Below, one piece after another: positions 20,586 to 29,162 of a DNA stretch of 64,000 bases; within the stretch, counting starts at the first letter, position 1, and the number at the start of each line of letters is the position of its first letter. Position numbers and translations under genes: made by a program. The DNA comes from Longimicrobiales bacterium (GTDB lineage: Bacteria > Gemmatimonadota > Gemmatimonadetes > Longimicrobiales > Gaopeijiaceae): NCBI GenBank assembly GCA_963664435.2, contig CAXXKM010000002.1:480001-544000 (forward strand), read 5' to 3'. The notes below the pieces were generated by a model that saw only the letters and a list, made by a program, of their open reading frames with translations, was not told where the DNA came from and did no database searches.

Positions 20586-20796
20586 ACACCCTGTCCTAAC
20601 TGCTTGCCCAATCCAGGCTTGCCGCGCGATTCGCGAGAGGTGCGGCGATTCAGACTCGCCGTACCCGATTCTGGGTTCTTTGACCTGGGTTGTCAAACAG
20701 CCAACTCCATGTGGGAGCGCCGGTAACGCGAAACGCGAGCGCTCCCGCAGATTCCGGAAGCACCGCAGCGCTCGCAGGGAGTCCGGCACCCAACCG
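20586..20796 (-). promoter_or_regulatory. CRISPR leader
   Basis: Non-coding gap between cas2 and the first perfect repeat; repeated GCGAGCG-like motifs. Confidence 0.7.
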
Positions 20797-21090
20797 TCAC
20801 ACGATTGTAGCCTGTCGTTTCGGTGCTTCATAGCCCTTCCCCAAGCTTTCGACCCGGACATCCACCTTGTCCGCAGGCCCGAGATCCACGATGAGTATAT
20901 GGTCCTCGGAGGGCTCGATCAATTCATCGAGACGCGCGGTCATCTCCGTCCGGCGCCGGGCCACGAGTCGGCATTGGAACACGGACAGCTGGAGCCAGTA
21001 GCCGAAGCCGTGCATCAGCCTGAACACCTTCCGCCACCGTTTGGGATCCGAGATGTCGTACGTCACGAGATACAGGCGTTCCTTGGCCAT
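20797..21090 (-). CDS. cas2: CRISPR-associated endonuclease Cas2
   Basis: YLVTYDISDPKRW..QLSVF. Confidence 0.95.
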   Translation of the reverse strand: MAKERLYLVTYDISDPKRWRKVFRLMHGFGYWLQLSVFQCRLVARRRTEMTARLDELIEPSEDHILIVDLGPADKVDVRVESLGKGYEAPKRQATIV

Positions 21091-21097
21091 TCTCAGT

Positions 21098-22810
21098 CTA
21101 CCTCGGCAGGTAGTGCGGATACTCGACGATCTCACCCTGGAAATGGCGGGCAAGCAGCCTCGCCTGCACTTCAATGAGCCGGCGCATCGAGACCCGGTAG
21201 CCGAAGAGGGGATGGGTCGTCTCCTGTTCCAGCCGTCGCTCGAACGCCGCGATCAACGCCTTCCTCCCGGGCGGCTTCAGGGAGCATGACGGTCCGTTGA
21301 AAACGAAATGACCGGGCCGGACCTCGCCATTGTTCACCACCTGAATCACGCAGGAGTCGGCAACGATGGAGCGAAACGGCTCCATCAGATCGAGTGCCAG
21401 TGCGGGGCGGTTGTGTCTGGGTCGGTGATAGAGGCCGAGATAGGGATCGAGACCCGTCGAGGAGATCGTGTTGCTGAATGCCCGGACCAGCAGAGCGTAG
21501 GCCAGCGACAGCATGGCGTTCACCGGGTCCGTCGGCGGGCGGCGGTTGCGCGTGGTGAACGAGAACTCCACCAGGCCGTCCGTCCGGCTGGTGGCGAGCA
21601 TGTTTTGGAACCTGCCGAAATAGATCGCCGCCGCCTCGCCTTCGAGACCGAGGAGTTGCTGAGGGTCCCTGGCGTGGAGCACTCGCCGGGCGAGTCGCTT
21701 GAGTCCCGCCAGAGCGTCCGTCTTGCCCTCGAGGCCTCGCTCCGCGCGCCAGTTGCGGCGAAGCATCGTTCGCGAATTCCTGATCTTCGCCGCCACCAGG
21801 CTCCTGGCGAAAACCAGGCTGCGCCGTTCGCTGAAGGCTGCGCGGTACTGGGCCTCGCGAACGGCCACGTTGCCACTTCCGGTTCCGACGGTGTGACCGA
21901 GGAACCAGCCTCCCGTCGAAAACCAGGACACCGGAATCTCGGCTCTCATCAACGCATGCAGAGCGGGCGTCGTGACCGACACGGGGCCGAAGAGGGCAAC
22001 CTGCGAGACCGAGATCATCGGCACCTTCACCGCGTCCTTCTTCGTCTCGACCACGAGCGTGTCGCCCTTCTTGCGGAGGCGCGCGCCCGGCGTCTGGACA
22101 TAGAGGGGCAGGGCGGGGTCGTCCGACGGGTTCAGCGGCCGGGGCGGATAGCCCTTCCTGAAGAGGTTGGTCTCATCGGGGAGACAGATCCCCGCCAGGG
22201 AACACCGCGGACACTTGGGACTGTTCTCCAGCGGCGACGGGCGCTGGCGGGTCTCGGCGGCCGCCCGCAGGCCGCGGATCGCATCCAGTGTCAGAGCCCG
22301 AAGGTCGTCGTCCAGAACCACGCGCACCTTCTCCCTTGACCCTACGTACCACAGCGCGCCCTGCTCGACCCGGTAGCCGTTGTCCTCGAGGATCATCGCC
22401 TGGGCGCACACCTGCACCCGTTCCGGCTCATAGGCTCCGGCCGCCACGTGAGGGCGCTTCCCCTTTTTGAAGTCCACCGGCATGACGATGCCGTCGGCGA
22501 CCTCCACCACATCGATCTTGGCGATGACGCCGAGCCGCTCGGACGACAGGGTCACCGAGCGTGCCTGGGCCATCTCTTCGTCCAGTTCGTCGGGATCGGG
22601 CAGGCGGCCGCGTCCCTTGTCGACGCGGGCGTGGACGCGTTTCCCCTCGGCGGTGTCGGCGCTCTCGGCCCACTCGCCCTCGACCCATTCCAGGTAGGCC
22701 AGCCGCGGACAGTAGACCCACTCGTTGACCATCCGGGCCGGGACCAGGGGGGTCGCGGAGTCGGCCGGTGGCGGTGGAATCGGGAGGATGAGTTGTTGTC
22801 GCTCGCTCAT
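21098..22810 (-). CDS. cas1: Cas4-Cas1 fusion
   Basis: Cas4: YCPR..DFKKG..QVCAQ..CPRCSL..C. Cas1: GLEGEAA, RRPPTDPVNAMLS, LALDLMEPFR. Confidence 0.97.
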   Translation of the reverse strand: MSERQQLILPIPPPPADSATPLVPARMVNEWVYCPRLAYLEWVEGEWAESADTAEGKRVHARVDKGRGRLPDPDELDEEMAQARSVTLSSERLGVIAKIDVVEVADGIVMPVDFKKGKRPHVAAGAYEPERVQVCAQAMILEDNGYRVEQGALWYVGSREKVRVVLDDDLRALTLDAIRGLRAAAETRQRPSPLENSPKCPRCSLAGICLPDETNLFRKGYPPRPLNPSDDPALPLYVQTPGARLRKKGDTLVVETKKDAVKVPMISVSQVALFGPVSVTTPALHALMRAEIPVSWFSTGGWFLGHTVGTGSGNVAVREAQYRAAFSERRSLVFARSLVAAKIRNSRTMLRRNWRAERGLEGKTDALAGLKRLARRVLHARDPQQLLGLEGEAAAIYFGRFQNMLATSRTDGLVEFSFTTRNRRPPTDPVNAMLSLAYALLVRAFSNTISSTGLDPYLGLYHRPRHNRPALALDLMEPFRSIVADSCVIQVVNNGEVRPGHFVFNGPSCSLKPPGRKALIAAFERRLEQETTHPLFGYRVSMRRLIEVQARLLARHFQGEIVEYPHYLPR

Positions 22811-22824
22811 GAGATCGGTTCCGG

Positions 22825-24285
22825 TTGGAGTGCGAGTCAGGTCGGGCGCAGGATGCGTTCTTTCTTTCCCGCCCTCGACGCTTTGGCAAGAGCCTCTTCC
22901 TGGACACGATCGGCGAACTGTTCAAGGGCAGCGAAGCGCTGTTCCAGGGGTTGGACATTCACGACAAGTGGGACTGGTCCGTCCAGACTCCCGTTATACG
23001 CCTCAGTTTCGGCGGAGGCAACTTCACGGAACCGGGTGCGTTGCACGCGAACCTCATGGCCCAGCTCGACTCGGTTGAACGCCAGTCGGGCGTGGCCTCG
23101 GGCTACGATACCGGTCCCGAGCGCTTTGCGGCCCTGGTTGAAGGGCTGCGCCGGAAGACCGGGCAACCGGTGGCTGTGCTGGTCGACGAATACGACAAGC
23201 CGATCCTCGATGCCCTGGACGCCCCTGACATCGCGCGGGCGAACCGCGACTTCCTGCGCGGCGTCTACGGGGTCGTCAAGGACGCCGACGCCCACATCCG
23301 GTTCAGCTTCCTTACGGGAGTGAGCAAGTTCTCAAAAGTCAGCCTGTTCTCGGGCCTCAACAACCTGATCGATATCACCCTGGAGCCCGCGTTCTCGGCC
23401 GTATGCGGATACACGGACCGCGATCTGGACACAGTGTTCGGGGCCGAGCTGCCGGACCTGGACCGCGCCGCGATCCGCGACTGGTACAACGGCTACCGCT
23501 GGCTCGGCGAGGAAGTCTACAACCCCTTCGACATCCTGCTGCTCTTCCGCCGGCGCAAGTTCGGCGCCTACTGGTTCGAGACCGGTACCCCCACCTTTCT
23601 GCTCGACACGCTGTTCAGGCGCCGGGTGAGTTCAGTCCGGCTGGACGGAATGGTTGGGAGCAGCAAGCTGCTGTCCGCCTTCGACGTGGACGACATGGCG
23701 ACCGAGGCGCTGCTTTTCCAGACGGGCTACCTGACGATCACGGGGGAGTCGGATCTTGCCGGCAACCCTTATTATCGCCTGGGCTACCCCAATCGCGAAG
23801 TGCGACAGAGCTTGAACGAGAGCCTTCTGGGCTACCTGGTCAACGACGCAACACGCCAGATGGCGAACAGCCTGGAGCTGCGCGATCTCCTGGGGAAGAA
23901 CGACTTCGGGGGAATGAAGAAGCTGTTCCAGGCGTTCTTTTCGAGCATTCCCTACGAGTGGTACACGAACAACGACATCGCCGACTACGAGGGGTATTAC
24001 GCGAGCGTGTTCTACTCCTACTTTGCGGCGCTTGGTCTGGACATCACGGTGGAGGACAGCAGCAGCCACGGTCGGCTGGACATGGCGGTCCGGTTCGGCG
24101 GCAACGTCTACCTCTTCGAGTTCAAGGTCGTGGAGATGGAGCCAGAGGGGGCCGCGATGGAGCAGTTGCGCAAGAAGGGGTACGCGGCAAAGTACCGGGG
24201 CGGAGGAGGGGAGGTGTATCTGGTGGGGGTGGAGTTCAGCCGGAAGACACGGAACGTGGTGGGGTTTGAGGTGGGAAGGGGGTGA
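22825..24285 (+). CDS. AAA-ATPase-like / PD-(D/E)XK nuclease protein, probably 5'-truncated
   Basis: LSRPRRFGKSL, LVDEYDKP, TGVSKF, YWFETGTP, GRLDM..FEFKV. The usual N-terminal segment before FLSRP appears to be missing. Confidence 0.8.
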   Translation: MECESGRAQDAFFLSRPRRFGKSLFLDTIGELFKGSEALFQGLDIHDKWDWSVQTPVIRLSFGGGNFTEPGALHANLMAQLDSVERQSGVASGYDTGPERFAALVEGLRRKTGQPVAVLVDEYDKPILDALDAPDIARANRDFLRGVYGVVKDADAHIRFSFLTGVSKFSKVSLFSGLNNLIDITLEPAFSAVCGYTDRDLDTVFGAELPDLDRAAIRDWYNGYRWLGEEVYNPFDILLLFRRRKFGAYWFETGTPTFLLDTLFRRRVSSVRLDGMVGSSKLLSAFDVDDMATEALLFQTGYLTITGESDLAGNPYYRLGYPNREVRQSLNESLLGYLVNDATRQMANSLELRDLLGKNDFGGMKKLFQAFFSSIPYEWYTNNDIADYEGYYASVFYSYFAALGLDITVEDSSSHGRLDMAVRFGGNVYLFEFKVVEMEPEGAAMEQLRKKGYAAKYRGGGGEVYLVGVEFSRKTRNVVGFEVGRG

Positions 24286-24468
24286 TCAAAGCGTGAGCCA
24301 GCCGGTGACACCGGTGAGAGTCGCGAGAGATGCCGCGCCGTGTCGGCGCCGAACCGTTGCGTCACAACGCACGATCGTCCGTGCTTGGCCTTCCCGGCGT
24401 CCCTCTCGCCGGACACTTGCCCGGTCCGCGTCGCGGGCCTCGGTGAAGACTTCGAGCAGGGTGGCCAT
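24286..24468 (-). pseudogene. Frameshifted C-terminal fragment of an Rpn/YhgA-like protein
   Basis: AAGGAG RBS, then MATLLEVF..REGRREGQ, continuing in another frame as QRFGADTARHLSRL. Confidence 0.45.
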
Positions 24469-24539
24469 TGGACTGGTCTCCTTCAGCAGGGAGCGGTCGT
24501 ACAGGGAAACCAACAAGGATCTCAGCTGCAGGGGCGGTG

Positions 24540-25397
24540 TCAGGGAGATCGCCCACTTCCCCCGATCGACCCGAACATTCCCAGCCCGAAATGGCTCCCG
24601 TACCCGAGCGCCAGCGGCCCACACACCTCCTCCGGGAACTCGATCGTCAGCAGCGCCCCCGTCGAATCGTGACGCCGCTCGCGCCCCCGCGTCCGAGACC
24701 GGCGAAAGTTGAGCGCCCTGCGGGACGTGCCGCCGACCTCGATCTCGTCGATCTCGCGAGTGGTCACCCCATCAGTGGTGAAGCCCCGCCGCCTCAGCAG
24801 CCGCAGCACTTCTCCCGCGTAACCCGCCTTCTTCAGACGTCCTGGCGCCAGGAACGGCGTCAGGCTCCGCCAGCGCCGCGCCGAAGCCAGAATCCGCGAG
24901 CTTCCTTCGAAGTACTGTGGACACCCGAATCCCTCCAACGCCAGCCTCCACTCGTCCGGGCCGGCGTCTTCGCCGGGCCGAGGGCGCGACTCCCGCGAAC
25001 CCAGCCAAAGCTGGGTGATCCGGTCGAGGCGCGACTGGATGCTTCGGTCCATGCCACTCTTGATGAAGACGACGATGTGGTCAATCCAGCCGTCGTCGTC
25101 CGCGTCCTCCGGCAGCCAGAACGCATGGGGATGCGTGGGGTCGCGCAGGGGCCGGCTCCCCTCGTCGCGGCCCGAGACCTGCCAGGGTGCGCGCGGCAGC
25201 CGCCTGCCCGTGGCTTCGTCAGCATCGAATCCGAACTTCGACAATGCGGCGGCCCGCATGACCTCGCCGATCCTGACGGCATCCTCGATGCGGGGGCGGG
25301 GGCGGCCCGCAACGAGATAGCGGGCGACGGTCGGCAGGCCGTTGGTCCGAGCTCCTTTGACGATGCCGTGTGCATCGCGACCGCGCTGCCTTGTCAT
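24540..25397 (-). CDS. Stand-alone Cas6-like C-terminal half of a second Csb2
   Basis: HAFWLPED..IDH, WRSLTPF, terminal G-loop GPLALGYGSHFGLGMF; no Cas5-like EWPP domain; ATG 10 nt after the cas8g stop. Confidence 0.8.
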   Translation of the reverse strand: MTRQRGRDAHGIVKGARTNGLPTVARYLVAGRPRPRIEDAVRIGEVMRAAALSKFGFDADEATGRRLPRAPWQVSGRDEGSRPLRDPTHPHAFWLPEDADDDGWIDHIVVFIKSGMDRSIQSRLDRITQLWLGSRESRPRPGEDAGPDEWRLALEGFGCPQYFEGSSRILASARRWRSLTPFLAPGRLKKAGYAGEVLRLLRRRGFTTDGVTTREIDEIEVGGTSRRALNFRRSRTRGRERRHDSTGALLTIEFPEEVCGPLALGYGSHFGLGMFGSIGGSGRSP

Positions 25398-25407
25398 TTG
25401 GCGGTTA

Positions 25408-26370
25408 TCACTCCAGCGCTGATCCGTCGGCGGGCTGCCGATCCCTCCACACCACTTCGGGCGGTCCGAAAGTACCATAGCCGCCTTGGGACGAGCGACG
25501 GATCGGCGACTTGAGCACTGTGGCAACGCCCCATGACCGGAACCATGACCGACGACTCTCCCGATCCGCGTCGTCGCTGTGATCGTAGCCATGGGCCAAA
25601 AGCGAGCGGACAACGTGTCGCGATGCTGGCCTGCGCCACAGCGGCCAAGAATACCAGCCATTTTTCCAGCTACCGGAACAACCCTGCGTGAGAGTCCGTT
25701 CGCGACCCGCGAATACCGGGTGTCGGCTTAGGCCCAGAATGGCAAGCGCCTCGGGCCCCGGGTTCGAGAGCTTCTTTTCTCCAGAACCCGTCGGATCGTA
25801 GCCGCGCAACGCGTACACGCGATCATCCGCGACATCCCACATCAGCGAGGGGAGATCGCTCCCATAGGGCCACGGACCGCGCAGCCCGATGGCAAGATCG
25901 TCACGTGTCACGCCACGCAGGATCCTGCGAGCCATCTCCAAGAGCTTCTGCTGGCCTGCGGCAAAATAGAGGTCGGATGGTTTGGCCGCGCCCTGCTTGT
26001 CGAGACTGCCTTCGGCCACCAGTGCCGCGGGAAGTGTCGCCCCTGGCCCGCCACCTTGCCCCAGTTGCAAGTACACCCTGACGTCTCCTCGGGCAAGCTT
26101 CAGTTGGTCACCCTTCTTCAGCGCCGTGCCATCACGATTGACCGGGGCCAGTGCCAAGCTCTTGGACCAGACGCTGCAAACGTGCAGTGCCCGATCCGCC
26201 AAGTCGTCAACGGAAAGGTTCTCGTCCACCAAGGCGCGCGGGGTGATGTCGCCGCTCCACCAGAGTCGCAGTTGCCGGGTTTCCGACTCGAACGCCACCT
26301 GCAACCCAAGAGCGGCAAGGAACCCAAGAGGGTTCGTGCCTTCGAGTCCCGGCAGGCGAGTTCCGGTCAT
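25408..26370 (-). CDS. cas8g: Type I-G large subunit Cas8g (Csb3/Cas8u2)
   Basis: GTNPLGFLAALG N-terminus, AGQQK, WPLW, GYGTF C-terminus; ATGA overlap with cas3. Confidence 0.8.
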   Translation of the reverse strand: MTGTRLPGLEGTNPLGFLAALGLQVAFESETRQLRLWWSGDITPRALVDENLSVDDLADRALHVCSVWSKSLALAPVNRDGTALKKGDQLKLARGDVRVYLQLGQGGGPGATLPAALVAEGSLDKQGAAKPSDLYFAAGQQKLLEMARRILRGVTRDDLAIGLRGPWPYGSDLPSLMWDVADDRVYALRGYDPTGSGEKKLSNPGPEALAILGLSRHPVFAGRERTLTQGCSGSWKNGWYSWPLWRRPASRHVVRSLLAHGYDHSDDADRESRRSWFRSWGVATVLKSPIRRSSQGGYGTFGPPEVVWRDRQPADGSALE

Positions 26371-29162
26371 TGTCCCCCAGCCTCCTCTGCGCTCTCCCGG
26401 ATGTCGGCCAGCCGCAGAATCGCTTCCAGCCACGTCAAGCCGTAATGGCCGTATCGCTCCACAAGGCGCCAGAACCGATCCGCCATATCAAGTGCCAGCG
26501 TTCCGGTGGCAAGGTCCGTGTTCGCCTCCAGATGAGTCGATCCATTGCGGATATAGGTAAGCGGTTGAGGATTCGGGTCCTCGATGGCAGGCGGCAGTGG
26601 ACGCGCCCAGCCGTGATGGGTCCCAATCAGGTGCAGCACGAGGTCGGGGTCGCTTGCCGTCTTCAGCACTGTCCGATCCGATTCGAGCAAAGCCACGCTG
26701 GCCAGCTCATGACGCATGCCAGCCGGGTAGCGTTGCACCCGGCGAGTGCCCGGAAGCGACTTCGCGAGAGGCTCATCCAGCATGGCCAGGGCCACCTCGT
26801 CCCCACCGACCAGCTGGCTCTGAAAGCGCCGGTCGACCTTGCCGATGTCATGGTACGCCGCCGCAAGGCACAGGTCGTCCACAAGTTGCGATGGCAACCC
26901 GAGGCTCCGGCCAATGCCCGCGACCCGAGCGGCTACACCCTCGAGATGTTTACGAAGCGTCACTGCGGTGCCCGTTCTTGAACCAGCGCCGTCGGAGCCG
27001 TCCAGCACGTCCGGATCGACGATCGGTCTGCGGGTCGTGCGATTGCGCTCGACGAGAACGTAGTACTCTCGGCCATCCGGGTCTTCGCTCCCGACCAGAA
27101 CACAGTCGAAGCCCCTGCTTAGGCGCTCCATGATGTCCCGCCAATCGACACTGACGTCGGCTTGGGTCTCTCGGAATAGCCACTCTCGAATGCGGTCACG
27201 GGGGTCAAGGGTCGGGCCGTCTGGGTCGAGAGCGTCACCCGGAGCCGGAGGAACAGTGGAGTATGGCTTTGGCGACACAAGCTCGTCGAGCCGCAGGGTA
27301 ACCCTGCGTCCGTGAGCGGCCTGAGCCGCATCCCCCAAGTCCGTCACTTCGTCCTCTGCCGAGGGATCCCACGTGTGCTCGTGCAGCCCGCCTCTGCTCG
27401 GATCGACGACCAGCGTGTCGCCGGGGCGAATGTCTCCAGTCGACCTGACGGGCTCCGGTTCTTGACCAACCCCCCTCCACCGAACACACCCCCTGATCCC
27501 CTGACTTTCGTCGTCACTTGGGTCGAAGCCCTGCACATCGGCAAAGTCGACCTCTGATCTGCCCGAGAGCCACGATCTGGCCGCGTCTATTGGAACCGAC
27601 AAGCACTCGGCCTGTCGCGGAGGCACCAACCTCAGTGCTTGGGGCCTGCGGTCGCGGCGCCACACGATCGAGACATCCGGAATCCCCGACCGGTCAATCC
27701 CGTGCAGGAACCAGTCGATGGGCGGTTGAATGATCGGCTGGGGGTTTGTCTGCACCCATGCGTCGATATGTGTGTCGAGGAGTAGCGGTGCAGAACACCT
27801 GGGAGCCAGCGCGGCCTCCGGGAAGCCCGTGAGGGACTGCGGACCAACGTCAACGATTCCGCTATTGGCGCACCCTTGGAGATGCCTCCAGGTGGCCTTG
27901 ACCGCGTCAACGTAGACCGGGTCCGGCCGCTTCGCTCTCAATTCGGGTCGGATGCCCAAGATCCATGCACGTGCGGGAGATCCCGTGTCGCCGAAGTACG
28001 TGCCCCGCCGGTCAAGGCGACCGAATCGTTGCCGCAGGGAGTCCACCGGAGCACACTCCGTGACGAGGGCGTCAAAGCTGAAGTCCGCGCCCACCTCGAT
28101 TGCTTGCGTGGCGACGACGATGGCCATTTCGTCGGTCTCGCTCGCGACCTTCCGCCCTGGATCGACGGCGTGCTGGATTCCCTTCAGCACGGCCACCCGA
28201 TCCAGAGGCCGCATGCGGCCCGTTAGCAGATGTACATCGAATCCTGCTCCCGAAAACGCGCGATGGACTTCGCGCGCGGTCCGAATGCGATTGACGACGA
28301 CACCAAGGCTGCCCACCGAGGCGGGCTTGCCTGACTTCTTGATGGCCTTGACAATCCTAAGGATTGCGGAGGGCACGGACTTTCGATTCGAAACGTAAAC
28401 CAGCTCAGCCTCTTTCTTGGCTCGCACCCGCCGCCGAAGCTCGTCGCACTCCTCCAAGTCCGCTAGCGGATCGAGCCGAAACGTGTCGTTGCGAGCGGCT
28501 GAACCGGGCGTGGCCGACATCTCTACGATCCCGTAGCGTCTGGGGAGGGGGCCAGCTGGAAGGGAAGCCACTTGTTCCAGCGTCTCGGCGAACGGGGCGC
28601 TCAAGTGCACTTCGTCGAGGATAACGAGGCAGTCATTGCCCGCCAATCCCGCATGAATCGGGTGCATGCGGCGACTCACTCCGTACCCGCGAAAGAGCAG
28701 CCGGGAACCGAACTGGTCCACGGTGGACACGAGCACCCACGGCTGCTCAGGGCGGTGGGTCCACTCCCGGTCGATGGGAATGCCGCCGCGTAGCGCGACT
28801 ACGCCAAGGGGATGGCCGTCAGCCAGTTCATTAAGACGCTCGCGCACTTGTCGAAGGACGGGGGTGCCACCGTTACCGATCGCGTCGCGAATCTTCCGCG
28901 CACGCTCGTACACCTGATCCACTACGATCCGGCGATCGATCACGAAGACGATTCGACGGGGCGCGACCGTCGGATCGCACGCGAGCGCAAACACCGCCGT
29001 GTCCAGCACCGCCGTCTTTCCCGTACCCGTCGGAAGATCTATGGTTGCGGGCCATCCCACGCTCAATACCTGATCGGTAAGCCGCCGCTGCCACGGGAAG
29101 GGACAGTACCCATGTACGTCGCGGAAGTACGCGGGGAAGTCGCCTGCGGCCACTCTACCCAT
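26367..29162 (-). CDS. cas3: Type I-G Cas3 helicase with C-terminal HD nuclease
   Basis: PTGTGKT, DEVH, MSAT, ATQAIEVGAD, QRFGRLDR; C-terminal YHDIGK, RHE and HHG. Confidence 0.97.
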   Translation of the reverse strand: MGRVAAGDFPAYFRDVHGYCPFPWQRRLTDQVLSVGWPATIDLPTGTGKTAVLDTAVFALACDPTVAPRRIVFVIDRRIVVDQVYERARKIRDAIGNGGTPVLRQVRERLNELADGHPLGVVALRGGIPIDREWTHRPEQPWVLVSTVDQFGSRLLFRGYGVSRRMHPIHAGLAGNDCLVILDEVHLSAPFAETLEQVASLPAGPLPRRYGIVEMSATPGSAARNDTFRLDPLADLEECDELRRRVRAKKEAELVYVSNRKSVPSAILRIVKAIKKSGKPASVGSLGVVVNRIRTAREVHRAFSGAGFDVHLLTGRMRPLDRVAVLKGIQHAVDPGRKVASETDEMAIVVATQAIEVGADFSFDALVTECAPVDSLRQRFGRLDRRGTYFGDTGSPARAWILGIRPELRAKRPDPVYVDAVKATWRHLQGCANSGIVDVGPQSLTGFPEAALAPRCSAPLLLDTHIDAWVQTNPQPIIQPPIDWFLHGIDRSGIPDVSIVWRRDRRPQALRLVPPRQAECLSVPIDAARSWLSGRSEVDFADVQGFDPSDDESQGIRGCVRWRGVGQEPEPVRSTGDIRPGDTLVVDPSRGGLHEHTWDPSAEDEVTDLGDAAQAAHGRRVTLRLDELVSPKPYSTVPPAPGDALDPDGPTLDPRDRIREWLFRETQADVSVDWRDIMERLSRGFDCVLVGSEDPDGREYYVLVERNRTTRRPIVDPDVLDGSDGAGSRTGTAVTLRKHLEGVAARVAGIGRSLGLPSQLVDDLCLAAAYHDIGKVDRRFQSQLVGGDEVALAMLDEPLAKSLPGTRRVQRYPAGMRHELASVALLESDRTVLKTASDPDLVLHLIGTHHGWARPLPPAIEDPNPQPLTYIRNGSTHLEANTDLATGTLALDMADRFWRLVERYGHYGLTWLEAILRLADIRESAEEAGGQ

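Noticed and set aside
18565..20861. Short ORFs with repeated MRPGLIRPGN or FPGESARASLK peptides
   Set aside because: They are translations of the CRISPR repeats.
21169..21180. CTTCAATGAG resembling the CRISPR repeat end
   Set aside because: Lies inside the cas1 coding sequence (LIEV), with no hairpin or partner repeat.
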